Shown: one piece after another, positions 10,526-19,652 of the stretch | Layout: every line of letters starts with the position of its first letter | Position numbering within the stretch: position 1 is the first letter of the stretch | Assembly (NCBI GenBank): GCA_964461805.1 | Contig: CAYWVV010000008.1 | Span: 1,410-65,409 of the forward strand | Length of the DNA stretch: 64,000 nucleotides | Direction of reading: 5' to 3' | From: an uncultured Flavobacterium sp. | GTDB lineage: Bacteria > Bacteroidota > Bacteroidia > Flavobacteriales > Flavobacteriaceae | Position numbers and translations under genes: made by a program | The notes under the pieces: generated by a model | The model's database searches: none | What the model saw: the letters and a program-made list of their open reading frames with translations, nothing else | Told to the model about the DNA's origin: nothing

Positions 10526-10585
10526 CGTAAATCCCAAATCGTAAATCCCAAATCGTAAATCCCAAATCGAAATTCGTAAATCCAA
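10526..10585. repeat. 14-nt tandem repeat (cgtaaatcccaaat x3 plus degenerate units)
   Basis: Read directly: units at 10526-10539, 10540-10553 and 10554-10567, then cgaaatt/cgtaaatccaat. The array ends exactly at the stop codon (10586-10588) of the minus-strand gene. Confidence 0.9.
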
Positions 10586-10912
10586 TTAGTTTTCGTTACT
10601 AAAAAACTCATTAATAACTTCCAATTCGGTTCTAAAAGCTAACATTTTATCACCAAACAAACGTAAACCTTCTTCTCTTAATTTAGGCGCATAGGTTTTG
10701 TAATATTCCTGAAGTTTTTCATTGCTTTCTGCAGAATATTGAATCGAGTAGGTTGTTCCGCCCATTTCTTCTTCCACTAAAACTCTAGAAAGTTTCGCTT
10801 TGTAAAAACATCCTGTGGCTAAAACTTCTCCAATATGTTTGGTTTTTAACCAATTTAACCATTGGTCGTGTGCGCTTTCGTCAATGTTTATGGTAACATT
10901 ATAAATAATCAT
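10586..10912 (-). CDS. DUF4286-like small cytoplasmic protein
   Basis: 108 aa, starts MIIYNVTINIDES..HDQWLNWLK, resembling the Bacteroidetes DUF4286 family as I recall it. No signal peptide. Confidence 0.55.
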   Translation of the reverse strand: MIIYNVTINIDESAHDQWLNWLKTKHIGEVLATGCFYKAKLSRVLVEEEMGGTTYSIQYSAESNEKLQEYYKTYAPKLREEGLRLFGDKMLAFRTELEVINEFFSNEN

Positions 10913-10988
10913 GTGCTTAATTTTTTACAAAGATACTTTTTTAATATCAATGACAATAGCAATGCTAAAATTCAATTATTTTTAATTT

Positions 10989-11083
10989 GGGCGTGCCCCT
11001 TCGGGTCGGGCTTTCCGTTCCCGCTTTTTTTGTACCGAGAAAAACGGAACAAAAAAGAGCTCCACTGCAATCCCTCACGCAAG
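10989..11083. repeat. GC-rich structured intergenic element (probable dispersed Flavobacterium repeat)
   Basis: gggcgtgccccttcgggtcgggctttccgttcccgc...cggaac...ctccactgcaatccctcacgcaag stands out as a GC island in AT-rich spacer. Contains hairpin ttccgtt/aacggaa. Only one copy in this window. Confidence 0.4.
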
Positions 11084-11297
11084 AAACCGTATTTCAATCA
11101 TAAAATTCTCAACTCAATATCAATAACACAGATTGGAGAAATTATTAAAATTTTAGAAATTTCTTAAATCTGTGTTTAAAAATCCGCGTGCCAAACTTAA
11201 ATGCGCTATGATGAGCGGAGCGCCTTTACTCGCAAACCAAATTATGTGCCTATGTGTTTAGAAACTTATATGACTTATATGTTTAAAAATAAAAAAA

Positions 11298-11327
11298 CTC
11301 CCAACTCCCAACTCCCAACTCCCAACT
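11298..11327. repeat. 7-nt tandem repeat (ctcccaa x4)
   Basis: Read directly; lies 19 nt upstream of the ruvB ATG. Confidence 0.9.
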
Positions 11328-11345
11328 TAATATTATATTTGTAAC

Positions 11346-12368
11346 ATGAATGAAAATTTAGATCCCAACAAAGAGCGTTTTACACCGCAAGAAATAGATA
11401 TTGAAAAAGCATTGCGTCCGTTAAGTTTTGACGATTTCGCAGGTCAAGACCACGTGCTTGAAAATTTAAAAGTATTTGTTGCCGCAGCCAATCAGCGAGG
11501 CGAAGCGTTGGATCACGCCCTTTTTCATGGTCCTCCCGGATTAGGAAAAACCACTTTAGCTAGTATTTTAGCGAACGAGTTGGGTGTCGGAATCAAAATT
11601 ACATCTGGTCCAGTTTTAGATAAACCAGGTGATTTAGCAGGTTTGTTAACTAATTTAGATGAGCGTGATGTTTTGTTTATTGACGAAATTCACCGTTTGT
11701 CACCCATTGTGGAAGAATACTTGTATTCCGCCATGGAAGATTATAAAATCGACATCATGATTGAATCGGGACCCAATGCGCGTTCTGTACAAATCAACTT
11801 AAATCCGTTTACTTTAGTCGGTGCCACAACCCGTTCTGGATTATTAACGGCTCCAATGCGTGCGCGTTTCGGAATTCAAAGTCGTTTGCATTATTATAAC
11901 ACCGAATTATTAGCCACAATTATAGAAAGAAGTTCAGGAATTTTAAACGTACCCATCGATTTAGAAGCAGCCATTGAAATTGCAGGAAGAAGTAGAGGAA
12001 CACCTCGTATCGCAAATGCATTATTACGAAGAGTTCGAGATTTCGCTCAAATAAAAGGGAACGGAAGTATTGATATCGAAATTGCTCGTTATGCCCTAAA
12101 AGCATTAAATGTAGATGCAAATGGATTGGACGAAATGGATAATAAAATTTTATCAACCTTAATTGATAAATTCAAAGGTGGACCTGTCGGACTAACCACT
12201 TTAGCAACAGCCGTTTCAGAAAACGGAGAAACCATTGAAGAAGTGTACGAACCATTTCTAATTCAAGAAGGCTTTTTAATGCGAACACCTCGTGGCCGTG
12301 AAGCTACCGAAAAAGCGTACAAACATTTAGGTAGAATAAAAGGAACAAGTCAAGGAGAATTATTTTAG
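11346..12368 (+). CDS. ruvB: Holliday junction branch migration helicase RuvB
   Basis: Walker [10 protein letters not shown], Walker B FIDEIHR, sensor and arginine regions, 340 aa. Confidence 0.95.
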   Translation: MNENLDPNKERFTPQEIDIEKALRPLSFDDFAGQDHVLENLKVFVAAANQRGEALDHALFHGPPGLGKTTLASILANELGVGIKITSGPVLDKPGDLAGLLTNLDERDVLFIDEIHRLSPIVEEYLYSAMEDYKIDIMIESGPNARSVQINLNPFTLVGATTRSGLLTAPMRARFGIQSRLHYYNTELLATIIERSSGILNVPIDLEAAIEIAGRSRGTPRIANALLRRVRDFAQIKGNGSIDIEIARYALKALNVDANGLDEMDNKILSTLIDKFKGGPVGLTTLATAVSENGETIEEVYEPFLIQEGFLMRTPRGREATEKAYKHLGRIKGTSQGELF

Positions 12369-12389
12369 AATTTCAACGAATTATTACAT

Positions 12390-12836
12390 ATGAAATTTTT
12401 TAGGCTTGTATTTGTTTTTCTTTTTTTAAATAGTTGTGATAACAATAGCATTACAATTGTTAAAATACCTACTGAATACATTCGAAAAAATCCAGAAGGA
12501 ATAATAAATCAGAAAAATTATTTTTTTGCAGTAAAAGAGAATAGCGTTGATTTAATTGATAAATATGCTAAATCATTTATTGATTCAGTTGGAATAACTG
12601 AAAAAGTAACTCTGAATTTGACGTTTTATAAATATAAAGCTCATTTAAATGAGAAATCAGTTTATAAAGAAGGTGATGAAACTATTTATCAAAATGGTGA
12701 ATATTTGATTAGTAGTTTTAGTTGGCACAAAGGTAAATTCTTAGGTAAAAAAGTTTTTGAAGACGGAAGTTTAGAAAAAATAGTTCCAAGCCTTCCAGGA
12801 ATGCCTTGTCCGAGAAAAGAAAAATATCCATATTAA
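12390..12836 (+). CDS. Hypothetical lipoprotein
   Basis: Lipobox FLNSC. No recognisable domain. Confidence 0.5.
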   Translation: MKFFRLVFVFLFLNSCDNNSITIVKIPTEYIRKNPEGIINQKNYFFAVKENSVDLIDKYAKSFIDSVGITEKVTLNLTFYKYKAHLNEKSVYKEGDETIYQNGEYLISSFSWHKGKFLGKKVFEDGSLEKIVPSLPGMPCPRKEKYPY

Positions 12837-12922
12837 TCCTTGAGATTGTAATAAAAAAATATAAACTTTCAAAAAAAGTGAAATTATTTCCGTTTTAGCT
12901 AAATAATTTATAGAATAATTCT

Positions 12923-13948
12923 TTAGTTCTTAAAAGTAGATTCTCTTTCAATTATGCTCGTTTCTAGTTCTATAGTTCTAGGTGTAAAAGGTAAAAATTC
13001 TTTGCGAGCATTCATTTCTTCTAAAAGTAATTTAAAGGCTTGTTCGCCCATTTCAAAGCTGGGTTGATCCACCGTGCTCAATTTTGGTGTAATCACTTGC
13101 GACATAAACCAATTGCTAAAACCAATAATTTTTATTTGCTCAGGCACTTTTATTTGATGTTCGTTAAAATGAGCTAAAACACCAACAGCAACCATGTCCG
13201 TAATCACAAAAATGCCATCCACATCTTTGTGATCGTTCAGTATTTTTTCTGCAAATTGTTTGCCTTCTTCAAACGTTACATTTTTACAAGGATACACTAA
13301 ACTTGAATCAAATGGAATATTATGATCTTCTAAGGCCTTTTTGTAACCTAAAAATCTATCAATAGCATTTTGTGGATTTAACGGACCTCTAATATGGGCA
13401 ATTTTTTTACATCCTTTATCTATCAAATGTTTTACCGCTTGGTAAGCCGCTTTCTGATCGTTAATAACTACTTTTGAACTAGGTATGAGTTTCGAAATTT
13501 TATCAAATTGTACAAAAGGAATTTCTCTATCTATAATTTGTTGCAAGTAAATTTCATTATTCGCATCGTTAGAAAGTGAAATAATAATACCATCTACACG
13601 TTTATTTATAAGTAATTCAATCTGTTTTTTTTCTAATTCCAAGGATTCATTAGATTGAAGAATTATCACTAAATAGCCATTATTTTCGGCCTCTTCTATA
13701 ATTCCCTTAATTACATTTGAAAAAAAATGATGAACCACTTCCGGAATAATAAGACCAATAGTTTTTGATTCTTTAGTTCTTAAGTTCACCGCAAAACTAT
13801 TTGGTGTATATTGTAAGCTGGAAGCTAAGTCTAAAACAGATTGTCTGGTTTTTTCATTCACATCCGAATATCCTTTTAAGGCTTTGGAAACGGTGGTGAC
13901 TGAAATGCCTAAAGTTTCGGCAATTTGTTTTAGCGTAATATCTTTCAT
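12923..13948 (-). CDS. LacI-family transcriptional repressor
   Basis: N-terminal HTH ITLKQIAETLGISVTTVSKALKG plus a periplasmic-binding-protein-like sugar-binding core. Divergent from the sugar operon. Confidence 0.85.
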   Translation of the reverse strand: MKDITLKQIAETLGISVTTVSKALKGYSDVNEKTRQSVLDLASSLQYTPNSFAVNLRTKESKTIGLIIPEVVHHFFSNVIKGIIEEAENNGYLVIILQSNESLELEKKQIELLINKRVDGIIISLSNDANNEIYLQQIIDREIPFVQFDKISKLIPSSKVVINDQKAAYQAVKHLIDKGCKKIAHIRGPLNPQNAIDRFLGYKKALEDHNIPFDSSLVYPCKNVTFEEGKQFAEKILNDHKDVDGIFVITDMVAVGVLAHFNEHQIKVPEQIKIIGFSNWFMSQVITPKLSTVDQPSFEMGEQAFKLLLEEMNARKEFLPFTPRTIELETSIIERESTFKN

Positions 13949-13992
13949 ATTACAAATATGCTAAAAAAATCCAAATGATGCTAATTCTTAAT

Positions 13993-14006
13993 CGAAAACG
14001 TTTTCG
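13993..14006. promoter_or_regulatory. Candidate LacI operator 1 (perfect palindrome CGAAAACGTTTTCG)
   Basis: Perfect 14-bp palindrome with central CG in the divergent intergenic region. Confidence 0.6.
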
Positions 14007-14013
14007 GAGTTTT

Positions 14014-14027
14014 CGAAAACGTTTTCG
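14014..14027. promoter_or_regulatory. Candidate LacI operator 2 (identical palindrome, 21 bp from operator 1)
   Basis: Identical CGAAAACGTTTTCG; centre-to-centre spacing is 21 bp. Confidence 0.6.
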
Positions 14028-14114
14028 GTAGTAATTTCATAAAAATATGTTAATTTAATTTTTACATTCGAAGTAATTAACAACTAAAATTACTAATCAA
14101 ATAATTATTCAAAA

Positions 14115-16754
14115 ATGAAAAAAATTACTAGTTTTTTGAAGAAATCGATTTTTATTATAGCCATTTTGCTATTCCATCAATCATTTGCTCAAAATGGTTC
14201 TTTGTCAGGTAAAGTAACTGACGCAAAAGGTTCGCCAATAAATGGCGCAAGCGTTTCTACTGGAAGTAAAACAACAACTACTAACGAAGAAGGTAGTTTT
14301 GTGCTTTCTGATTTGCAAAACGGATTAACAAAAGTTAAAGTGACTATGTCTGGATTTGCAGACTTTAAAAAGGAACTTGAAATTAATGGAAGTACAGTTT
14401 CTGATTTTCAATTAGAAGAAAAAGCGTCCAATATTGACGAAATTGTAGTTACAGGAGTAGTTAGATCTGCTACCAAATTACAATCTAGTGTTTCAGTAAG
14501 TTCTGTTTCGGGAGCACAAATAGAACAAGCAGCTCCAAGAGCTACCGCAGAAATTTTCCGATCAATTCCTGGTATCAAATCAGAATCTACTGGAGGAGAA
14601 GGAAATGCAAATATTACTGTTCGTGGAATACCTGTGGCTTCTGGTGGAGCAAAATTTTTGCAAATTCATGAAGACGGAATGCCAGTTATGCAATTTGGTG
14701 ACGTAGCATTCGGTAACGCCGATATTTTTATTAGAGCAGATCAAACGGTACAACGAGTAGAATCAATTAGAGGAGGTTCTTCTTCTACATTAACTAGTAA
14801 CTCACCAGCAGGAATTATCAACTTCATCAGTAAAGATGGTAAAAAAGAAGGAGGTAGTTTGTTTCAATCTGTAGGATTAGATTACGGAAATAATCGTACA
14901 GACTTCGAATATGGTTCGCCATTGTCAGAAACACTTCGCTTTCATATTGGTGGGTTTTACAGACAAGGTGAAGGGCCAAGAAATGCAGGTTACACAGCAA
15001 ATGTTGGAGGACAATTCAAAGCTAACATGACCAAAGAATTCGAAAAAGGGTACGTGAGATTATATTTCAAATATCTAAATGACAAATCAATTGGATATTT
15101 ACCTATGCCAGTAAATGTATCTGGAACTAACGCTAATCCAAATTGGAGTTCAATCGCCAATTTTGATATTTTACATGATACGCCACATAGTGCTTATTTT
15201 CAAGATATGTTATCAATTGGTGCAAATGGAGAAAGAAGAAGAAGTAACATGTCAGACGGAATGCGCCCAATTGCAACTTCTTTCGGCGGAGATTTGTCTT
15301 TTGATTTAGGAAACGAATGGAAAATTGATAGCAAATTCAGACAAAATTACAATAAAGGACGTTTTATTTCTGCTTTTCCAGCTGAAGTTACTAATGCTGG
15401 TGCAATTGCAGCTAGTTTTGGTGAAACCAACTTAACTTACGCAAATGGTCCAAAAGCAGGTCAAGTGTTTGATAATAATGCTTTAGTAATGAGAATTCAT
15501 ACTTTTGATACAGAAATTAACAACTTCAACAACTTCACGAATGACATGAAATTAACTAAAAAATTAGGTAATTTCAATGTAACATTAGGATATTACAAAG
15601 CCTTCCAAAACATCTCAATGTCTTGGTTATGGAATTCTTACTTGTTAGAAGCTAAAGGTGATAATGCCGCTTTGTTAAACGCAGGAGCGAACTCAGTTAA
15701 TGGATTATATGCTTATGGTGTACCATTTTGGGGGAACTGTTGTACAAGAAATTATGATGCAAACTATGATATCACAGCACCTTATGTAGCAGGTTCGTTA
15801 AAAGCAAATGAGAAATTAACTGTTGATGCAAGTGTGCGATTTGATTCAGGTAAAGCCCGTGGTTCTTATGCAGGAGCCACACAATCTTTAAATTTAGATG
15901 TAGATAATAATGGAACTATTGAAGGTCCAGAAGCTAGTGTGTCAGTGGTAGACAACGCTAACAGAAAACCAATCAATTACAATTATGATTATGTATCTTA
16001 CTCTTTTGGTGCGAATTATCTATTAACAGAATCTCAGTCACTTTTCGGAAGATATAGTCGTGGTGGTAGAGCGAATGCAGATCGTTTATTATTTGGTCCA
16101 AATGTATTAAATGATGGTTCAGCCGTTCCAGGTTTAAGTGCAGATATGGTGAATCAAGCAGAATTTGGATATAAAAGAAAAGGAAATAATGCTTCTATTT
16201 TTGCAACAGCTTTCTACGCAAATGTATCAGAACAAAACTGGGATTTCGGAGGTTCAGGTGGTGGAATCAGACAAATTCAAAGAAAATATAATTCATATGG
16301 TTTAGAATTAGAAGGAAATTATAAAATTAATAGTTTCTCTGTTAATGGAAGTGTAACGTATACTAAAGCAGAAATTGCAGATGATGCAGTTACTCCAGCT
16401 TTAAATGGAAACAAACCAAGACGTCAAGCGGATTTCATTTTCAATGTAGTGCCAACATACAAATTCGGTACAAAAAAACAACATAATTTCGGTTTCAGTG
16501 TAATTGGTACAACCAAATCTTATGCACAAGATGATAACAAATTGGTGATGCCAGGTTATGCTTACGTAAATCCGTTCTTAAGTTTCGAATTAACAAAAGG
16601 ATTTACAGCAACGGTGAATGTAAATAACGTTTTTGATACCATCGGTATTACTGAAGTAGAAGAAGGTAGTATTGTAGAAAACACCAACAATATTGTAAGA
16701 GCACGTTCTATTACAGGTAGAACAAGCTCGTTAACAATTGCTTACAGATTCTAA
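14115..16754 (+). CDS. TonB-dependent outer-membrane receptor (CarboxypepD_reg-like N-domain + plug + barrel)
   Basis: Signal peptide, GSLSGKVTDAKGSPINGASV carboxypeptidase-regulatory-like domain, DEIVVTG TonB-box/plug region, C-terminal ...LTIAYRF. No SusD-like gene follows. Confidence 0.85.
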   Translation: MKKITSFLKKSIFIIAILLFHQSFAQNGSLSGKVTDAKGSPINGASVSTGSKTTTTNEEGSFVLSDLQNGLTKVKVTMSGFADFKKELEINGSTVSDFQLEEKASNIDEIVVTGVVRSATKLQSSVSVSSVSGAQIEQAAPRATAEIFRSIPGIKSESTGGEGNANITVRGIPVASGGAKFLQIHEDGMPVMQFGDVAFGNADIFIRADQTVQRVESIRGGSSSTLTSNSPAGIINFISKDGKKEGGSLFQSVGLDYGNNRTDFEYGSPLSETLRFHIGGFYRQGEGPRNAGYTANVGGQFKANMTKEFEKGYVRLYFKYLNDKSIGYLPMPVNVSGTNANPNWSSIANFDILHDTPHSAYFQDMLSIGANGERRRSNMSDGMRPIATSFGGDLSFDLGNEWKIDSKFRQNYNKGRFISAFPAEVTNAGAIAASFGETNLTYANGPKAGQVFDNNALVMRIHTFDTEINNFNNFTNDMKLTKKLGNFNVTLGYYKAFQNISMSWLWNSYLLEAKGDNAALLNAGANSVNGLYAYGVPFWGNCCTRNYDANYDITAPYVAGSLKANEKLTVDASVRFDSGKARGSYAGATQSLNLDVDNNGTIEGPEASVSVVDNANRKPINYNYDYVSYSFGANYLLTESQSLFGRYSRGGRANADRLLFGPNVLNDGSAVPGLSADMVNQAEFGYKRKGNNASIFATAFYANVSEQNWDFGGSGGGIRQIQRKYNSYGLELEGNYKINSFSVNGSVTYTKAEIADDAVTPALNGNKPRRQADFIFNVVPTYKFGTKKQHNFGFSVIGTTKSYAQDDNKLVMPGYAYVNPFLSFELTKGFTATVNVNNVFDTIGITEVEEGSIVENTNNIVRARSITGRTSSLTIAYRF

Positions 16755-16837
16755 AAAAAAGTTTCATATTTGTTTATTCAATTCCTGTATCAGACTGTTC
16801 TGATATGGGAATTGTTTTAAATTTAAAAAGTATAAAA

Positions 16838-17176
16838 ATGAAGAAAATAATCTATTTGATGTTTTTGATTTTCGGAATGTTTTCTGCAAATGCCCAACAA
16901 AAAAATATAAAACCAGTTGTAAACAACGTAATTATCTACGGAAGTGATGAATGTCATCATTGTACAGACACCAAAGCTTTTTTAACTCAAAATAAAATTT
17001 CTTTTGAATTTTTTGATATTGATAAAAATCCAGAAGCTTTAAAAGAAATGTTGCTGAAATTAAAAAATGCCAATATCAGTACTCAAAATTTAGGCATTCC
17101 TGTTGTAGATAAAAACGGAGTAATCTTTACCAATACTGGTGTGTTTGAAGAATTTTTACAAAAATTAAAAAACTAA
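16838..17176 (+). CDS. Secreted glutaredoxin/thioredoxin-fold protein (CHHC)
   Basis: Start moved to the ATG at 16838, giving signal peptide MKKIIYLMFLIFGMFSANAQ. VIIYGSDECHHCTDTKAFL is a Grx-like CxxC. Its stop overlaps the next ATG (TAATG). Confidence 0.6.
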   Translation: MKKIIYLMFLIFGMFSANAQQKNIKPVVNNVIIYGSDECHHCTDTKAFLTQNKISFEFFDIDKNPEALKEMLLKLKNANISTQNLGIPVVDKNGVIFTNTGVFEEFLQKLKN

Positions 17177-18483
17177 TGGCAGCAAAAATAAAATTAAGTT
17201 TCTGGCAAATCATCAACATGAACGTTGGGTTTTTTGGTATCCAATATAGTTTCGGATTGCAACAAAGTGCTGTGAATCCTATTTACGATTTTCTTGGTGC
17301 AAGTCCAGATGAATTGCCACTGTTAAACTTAGCTGGACCTTTAACAGGTTTGCTTGTTCAGCCCATAATTGGTGCTTTGAGTGATAAAACTTGGTTGCCA
17401 AAATTAGGAGGAAGAAGAAAACCTTACTTTTTTATTGGGGCTATTATTTGTAGTATCGCATTATTTTTGTTTCCATTTAGTAGTTCGTTATGGATGGCCG
17501 CAGGTTTATTATGGATTTTAGATGCCGGAAATAATACAGCCATGGAGCCTTACCGAGCTTTCGTAGCCGATAAATTAGATGAATCACAACAACCTATTGG
17601 ATTTCAAGCACAAAGTTTTTTCACAGGTTTTGGTCAAACTTTAGCGAATGTTTCCTTGTTTGTTTTTCCAATGATTTTTATTGGTACAACAGGAAAATTA
17701 CCTACATGGGTTTTTGCCTCATTTATATTAGGTTCCATTTGTTCGATTGGCTCGGTTTGGTGGAGTTCACATACTACTAAAGAAATCCCGCCTACAGAAG
17801 AAGAATTACAAAAAATTCAATCCGAAAAAGTAAGTGTTTTTACACCTTTTGTAGATATTTTCGCAGCCATAAAAGAAATGCCTAAAGTGATGTGGCAATT
17901 GGCTGTAGTCTATTTGTTTCAATGGTATGCGTTGTTTTGTTATTGGCAAAATTCCTCAAAAAGTATTGCACTTTCCGTTTGGCATACTACGCCACAACAA
18001 AATAGTAAATTATACGAAGAAGCTGTAGGTTGGACAGGTTTAGTAAATGGTTGGTACAATATTGTTACGTTTTTATGTGCCTTCGGATTGGTGTATTTTG
18101 CCAAAAAATATTCGCCAAAAATGGTGCATTTTGCCTGTTTGTTACTAGCGGCAATTGGGTTTTTAATTTTTCCACATATAGAAAATAAATATTTACTATT
18201 TCCAGCAATTACAGGTTTTGGAATTGGTTGGGCAAGTATGATGGGAATTCCTTATTTAATGGTAGTGAACAACATTCCAAAAGAACGATACGGTGTGTAT
18301 ATGGGAATTATCAATATGATGATTGTCATTCCAATGTTCATTCAAACGATAACTTTCGGATACATCATGAAGCATTTTTTAAATAATGATCCGCGTTTAG
18401 CTATCACATTCGCCGGTGTTTTATTAGTGTTGGCCGCTATTTTCACTTTGTCTATTTCAAGCAAAAAAGCAACTCATGAATAA
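17176..18483 (+). CDS. MFS sugar:H+ symporter, SLC45/GPH sucrose-transporter-like
   Basis: 12-TM protein with LGGRRKPYFFIGA (RxGRR-type loop 2-3 motif typical of SLC45/sucrose symporters). Confidence 0.7.
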   Translation: MAAKIKLSFWQIINMNVGFFGIQYSFGLQQSAVNPIYDFLGASPDELPLLNLAGPLTGLLVQPIIGALSDKTWLPKLGGRRKPYFFIGAIICSIALFLFPFSSSLWMAAGLLWILDAGNNTAMEPYRAFVADKLDESQQPIGFQAQSFFTGFGQTLANVSLFVFPMIFIGTTGKLPTWVFASFILGSICSIGSVWWSSHTTKEIPPTEEELQKIQSEKVSVFTPFVDIFAAIKEMPKVMWQLAVVYLFQWYALFCYWQNSSKSIALSVWHTTPQQNSKLYEEAVGWTGLVNGWYNIVTFLCAFGLVYFAKKYSPKMVHFACLLLAAIGFLIFPHIENKYLLFPAITGFGIGWASMMGIPYLMVVNNIPKERYGVYMGIINMMIVIPMFIQTITFGYIMKHFLNNDPRLAITFAGVLLVLAAIFTLSISSKKATHE

Positions 18484-19651
18484 TGTTTCTTATCATAAAG
18501 CAATTGCCTTACTTCACCAAGTCAGTACAAATAATGGGTTTTTAGCCAGTGCCGAAAACACGTCTAATTACCAACGCGTTTGGGCAAGAGATGGTGTAAT
18601 TTGCGGTTTAGCTGCTTTGGCTTCTGGTGATGAAAAACTAATTGAAACTTTCAAAAGTACTTTAGAAACTTTAGCGAATAACCAACATGAAATTGGAACT
18701 ATTCCATCCAATGTTTTACTTTCTGAAGAAAACAATGAAGTCAGTTATGGTGGTTTAGCTGGAAGAGTAGATGCCGTAACTTGGTTCATTATCGGAATTT
18801 GTCAATATGCTCATCATCAAAATCAACCAGAATTCGTACAAAAATATCAAACACATATTGAAAAAGCTTTACATCTTCTAAATGCTTGGGAATTCAATAA
18901 TAAGCATTTAGTATATGTACCTCTTTCAGGAAATTGGGCCGATGAATACATTACAGACGGCTACGTTTTATACGACCAATTGTTGCGAATTTGGGCTTTA
19001 AAAAGTTACAACCATTTTGCGAAATCAGCTTCCATTTCTCAAAAAATTGAGGAGATTTCGAATCAAGTAGAAACGAATTTTATTCCAAAATCAGAAGGAG
19101 AAAAATACCACGAACGCGCGTATAAAGAATTAGATTTTCAAGATTATTTGCCGTGTTCTTTTTCACCATCAGGTTATAAAACACAATTTGATGCTTTCGC
19201 GAATGCACTTGCTGTTTTGTTAAATATTGGAAATAAAGATATACAAATTAATATTTTAAATCACGCTTCAAAAGTCGCTGCTGAAACTAAATTAGGATTA
19301 GTTCCTGCCTTTTGGCCACCCGTTTTTCCAGAAGATGAACATTGGAATTTATTGAAAAACAATTGCAAATACGAATTTAGAAATTTTCCTTACGAGTTCC
19401 ATAATGGAGGAAGTTGGGCGATGGTGAACGGCTTTGTAGGTTTGGCTTTTTTAAGTGAAAATCAAACTATAGAAGCGACAGCATTATTAGAAAAAATAAA
19501 TACCGCTAATGCCATTGCTGATTTTTCTTTTTACGAAAATTTCAATACAAAAACACAAGAACCTAATGGAGTGGCTTTTTGCGCTTGGAGTGCAGCAGCA
19601 AGCGTTTTGTTAGAACAATCTTTACATCATAATTTTAAATTACTATTTTAA
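18476..19651 (+). CDS. GH100-like (alkaline/neutral invertase family) glycoside hydrolase
   Basis: NYQRVWARDGV and FHNGGSWAMV resemble the (alpha/alpha)6 neutral-invertase signatures. 8-nt overlap (ATGAATAA) with the MFS gene. Confidence 0.6.
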   Translation: MNNVSYHKAIALLHQVSTNNGFLASAENTSNYQRVWARDGVICGLAALASGDEKLIETFKSTLETLANNQHEIGTIPSNVLLSEENNEVSYGGLAGRVDAVTWFIIGICQYAHHQNQPEFVQKYQTHIEKALHLLNAWEFNNKHLVYVPLSGNWADEYITDGYVLYDQLLRIWALKSYNHFAKSASISQKIEEISNQVETNFIPKSEGEKYHERAYKELDFQDYLPCSFSPSGYKTQFDAFANALAVLLNIGNKDIQINILNHASKVAAETKLGLVPAFWPPVFPEDEHWNLLKNNCKYEFRNFPYEFHNGGSWAMVNGFVGLAFLSENQTIEATALLEKINTANAIADFSFYENFNTKTQEPNGVAFCAWSAAASVLLEQSLHHNFKLLF

Positions 19652-19652
19652 G

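Noticed and set aside
10526-10585. Tandem repeats at 10526 and 54819 as mini-CRISPR arrays
   Set aside because: Units are 14 nt and directly abutting with no spacers, and no cas genes are present in the window. They are microsatellites.
10862-11167. Track ORF (101 aa) in the ruvB upstream spacer
   Set aside because: It overlaps the 3'... actually the 5' end of the minus-strand DUF4286-like gene and reads straight through the GC-rich repeat element. The composition is low-complexity and there is no plausible start context. Treated as a translation artefact.
11334-11341. TATATTTG box as the ruvB promoter -7 element
   Set aside because: It ends only 4 nt before the ATG at 11346, whereas the other boxes in this window lie 23-25 nt upstream. 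It is either coincidental in AT-rich DNA or implies a leaderless mRNA. There is not enough evidence to annotate it.
16780-16813. Hairpin aattcctgtatcaga-ctgt-tctgatatgggaatt after the TonB receptor gene as a terminator
   Set aside because: The stem is good, but there is no U-tract and the downstream genes look co-regulated by the same LacI operators. It may be an RNA-processing or attenuation element, but this is unsupported.
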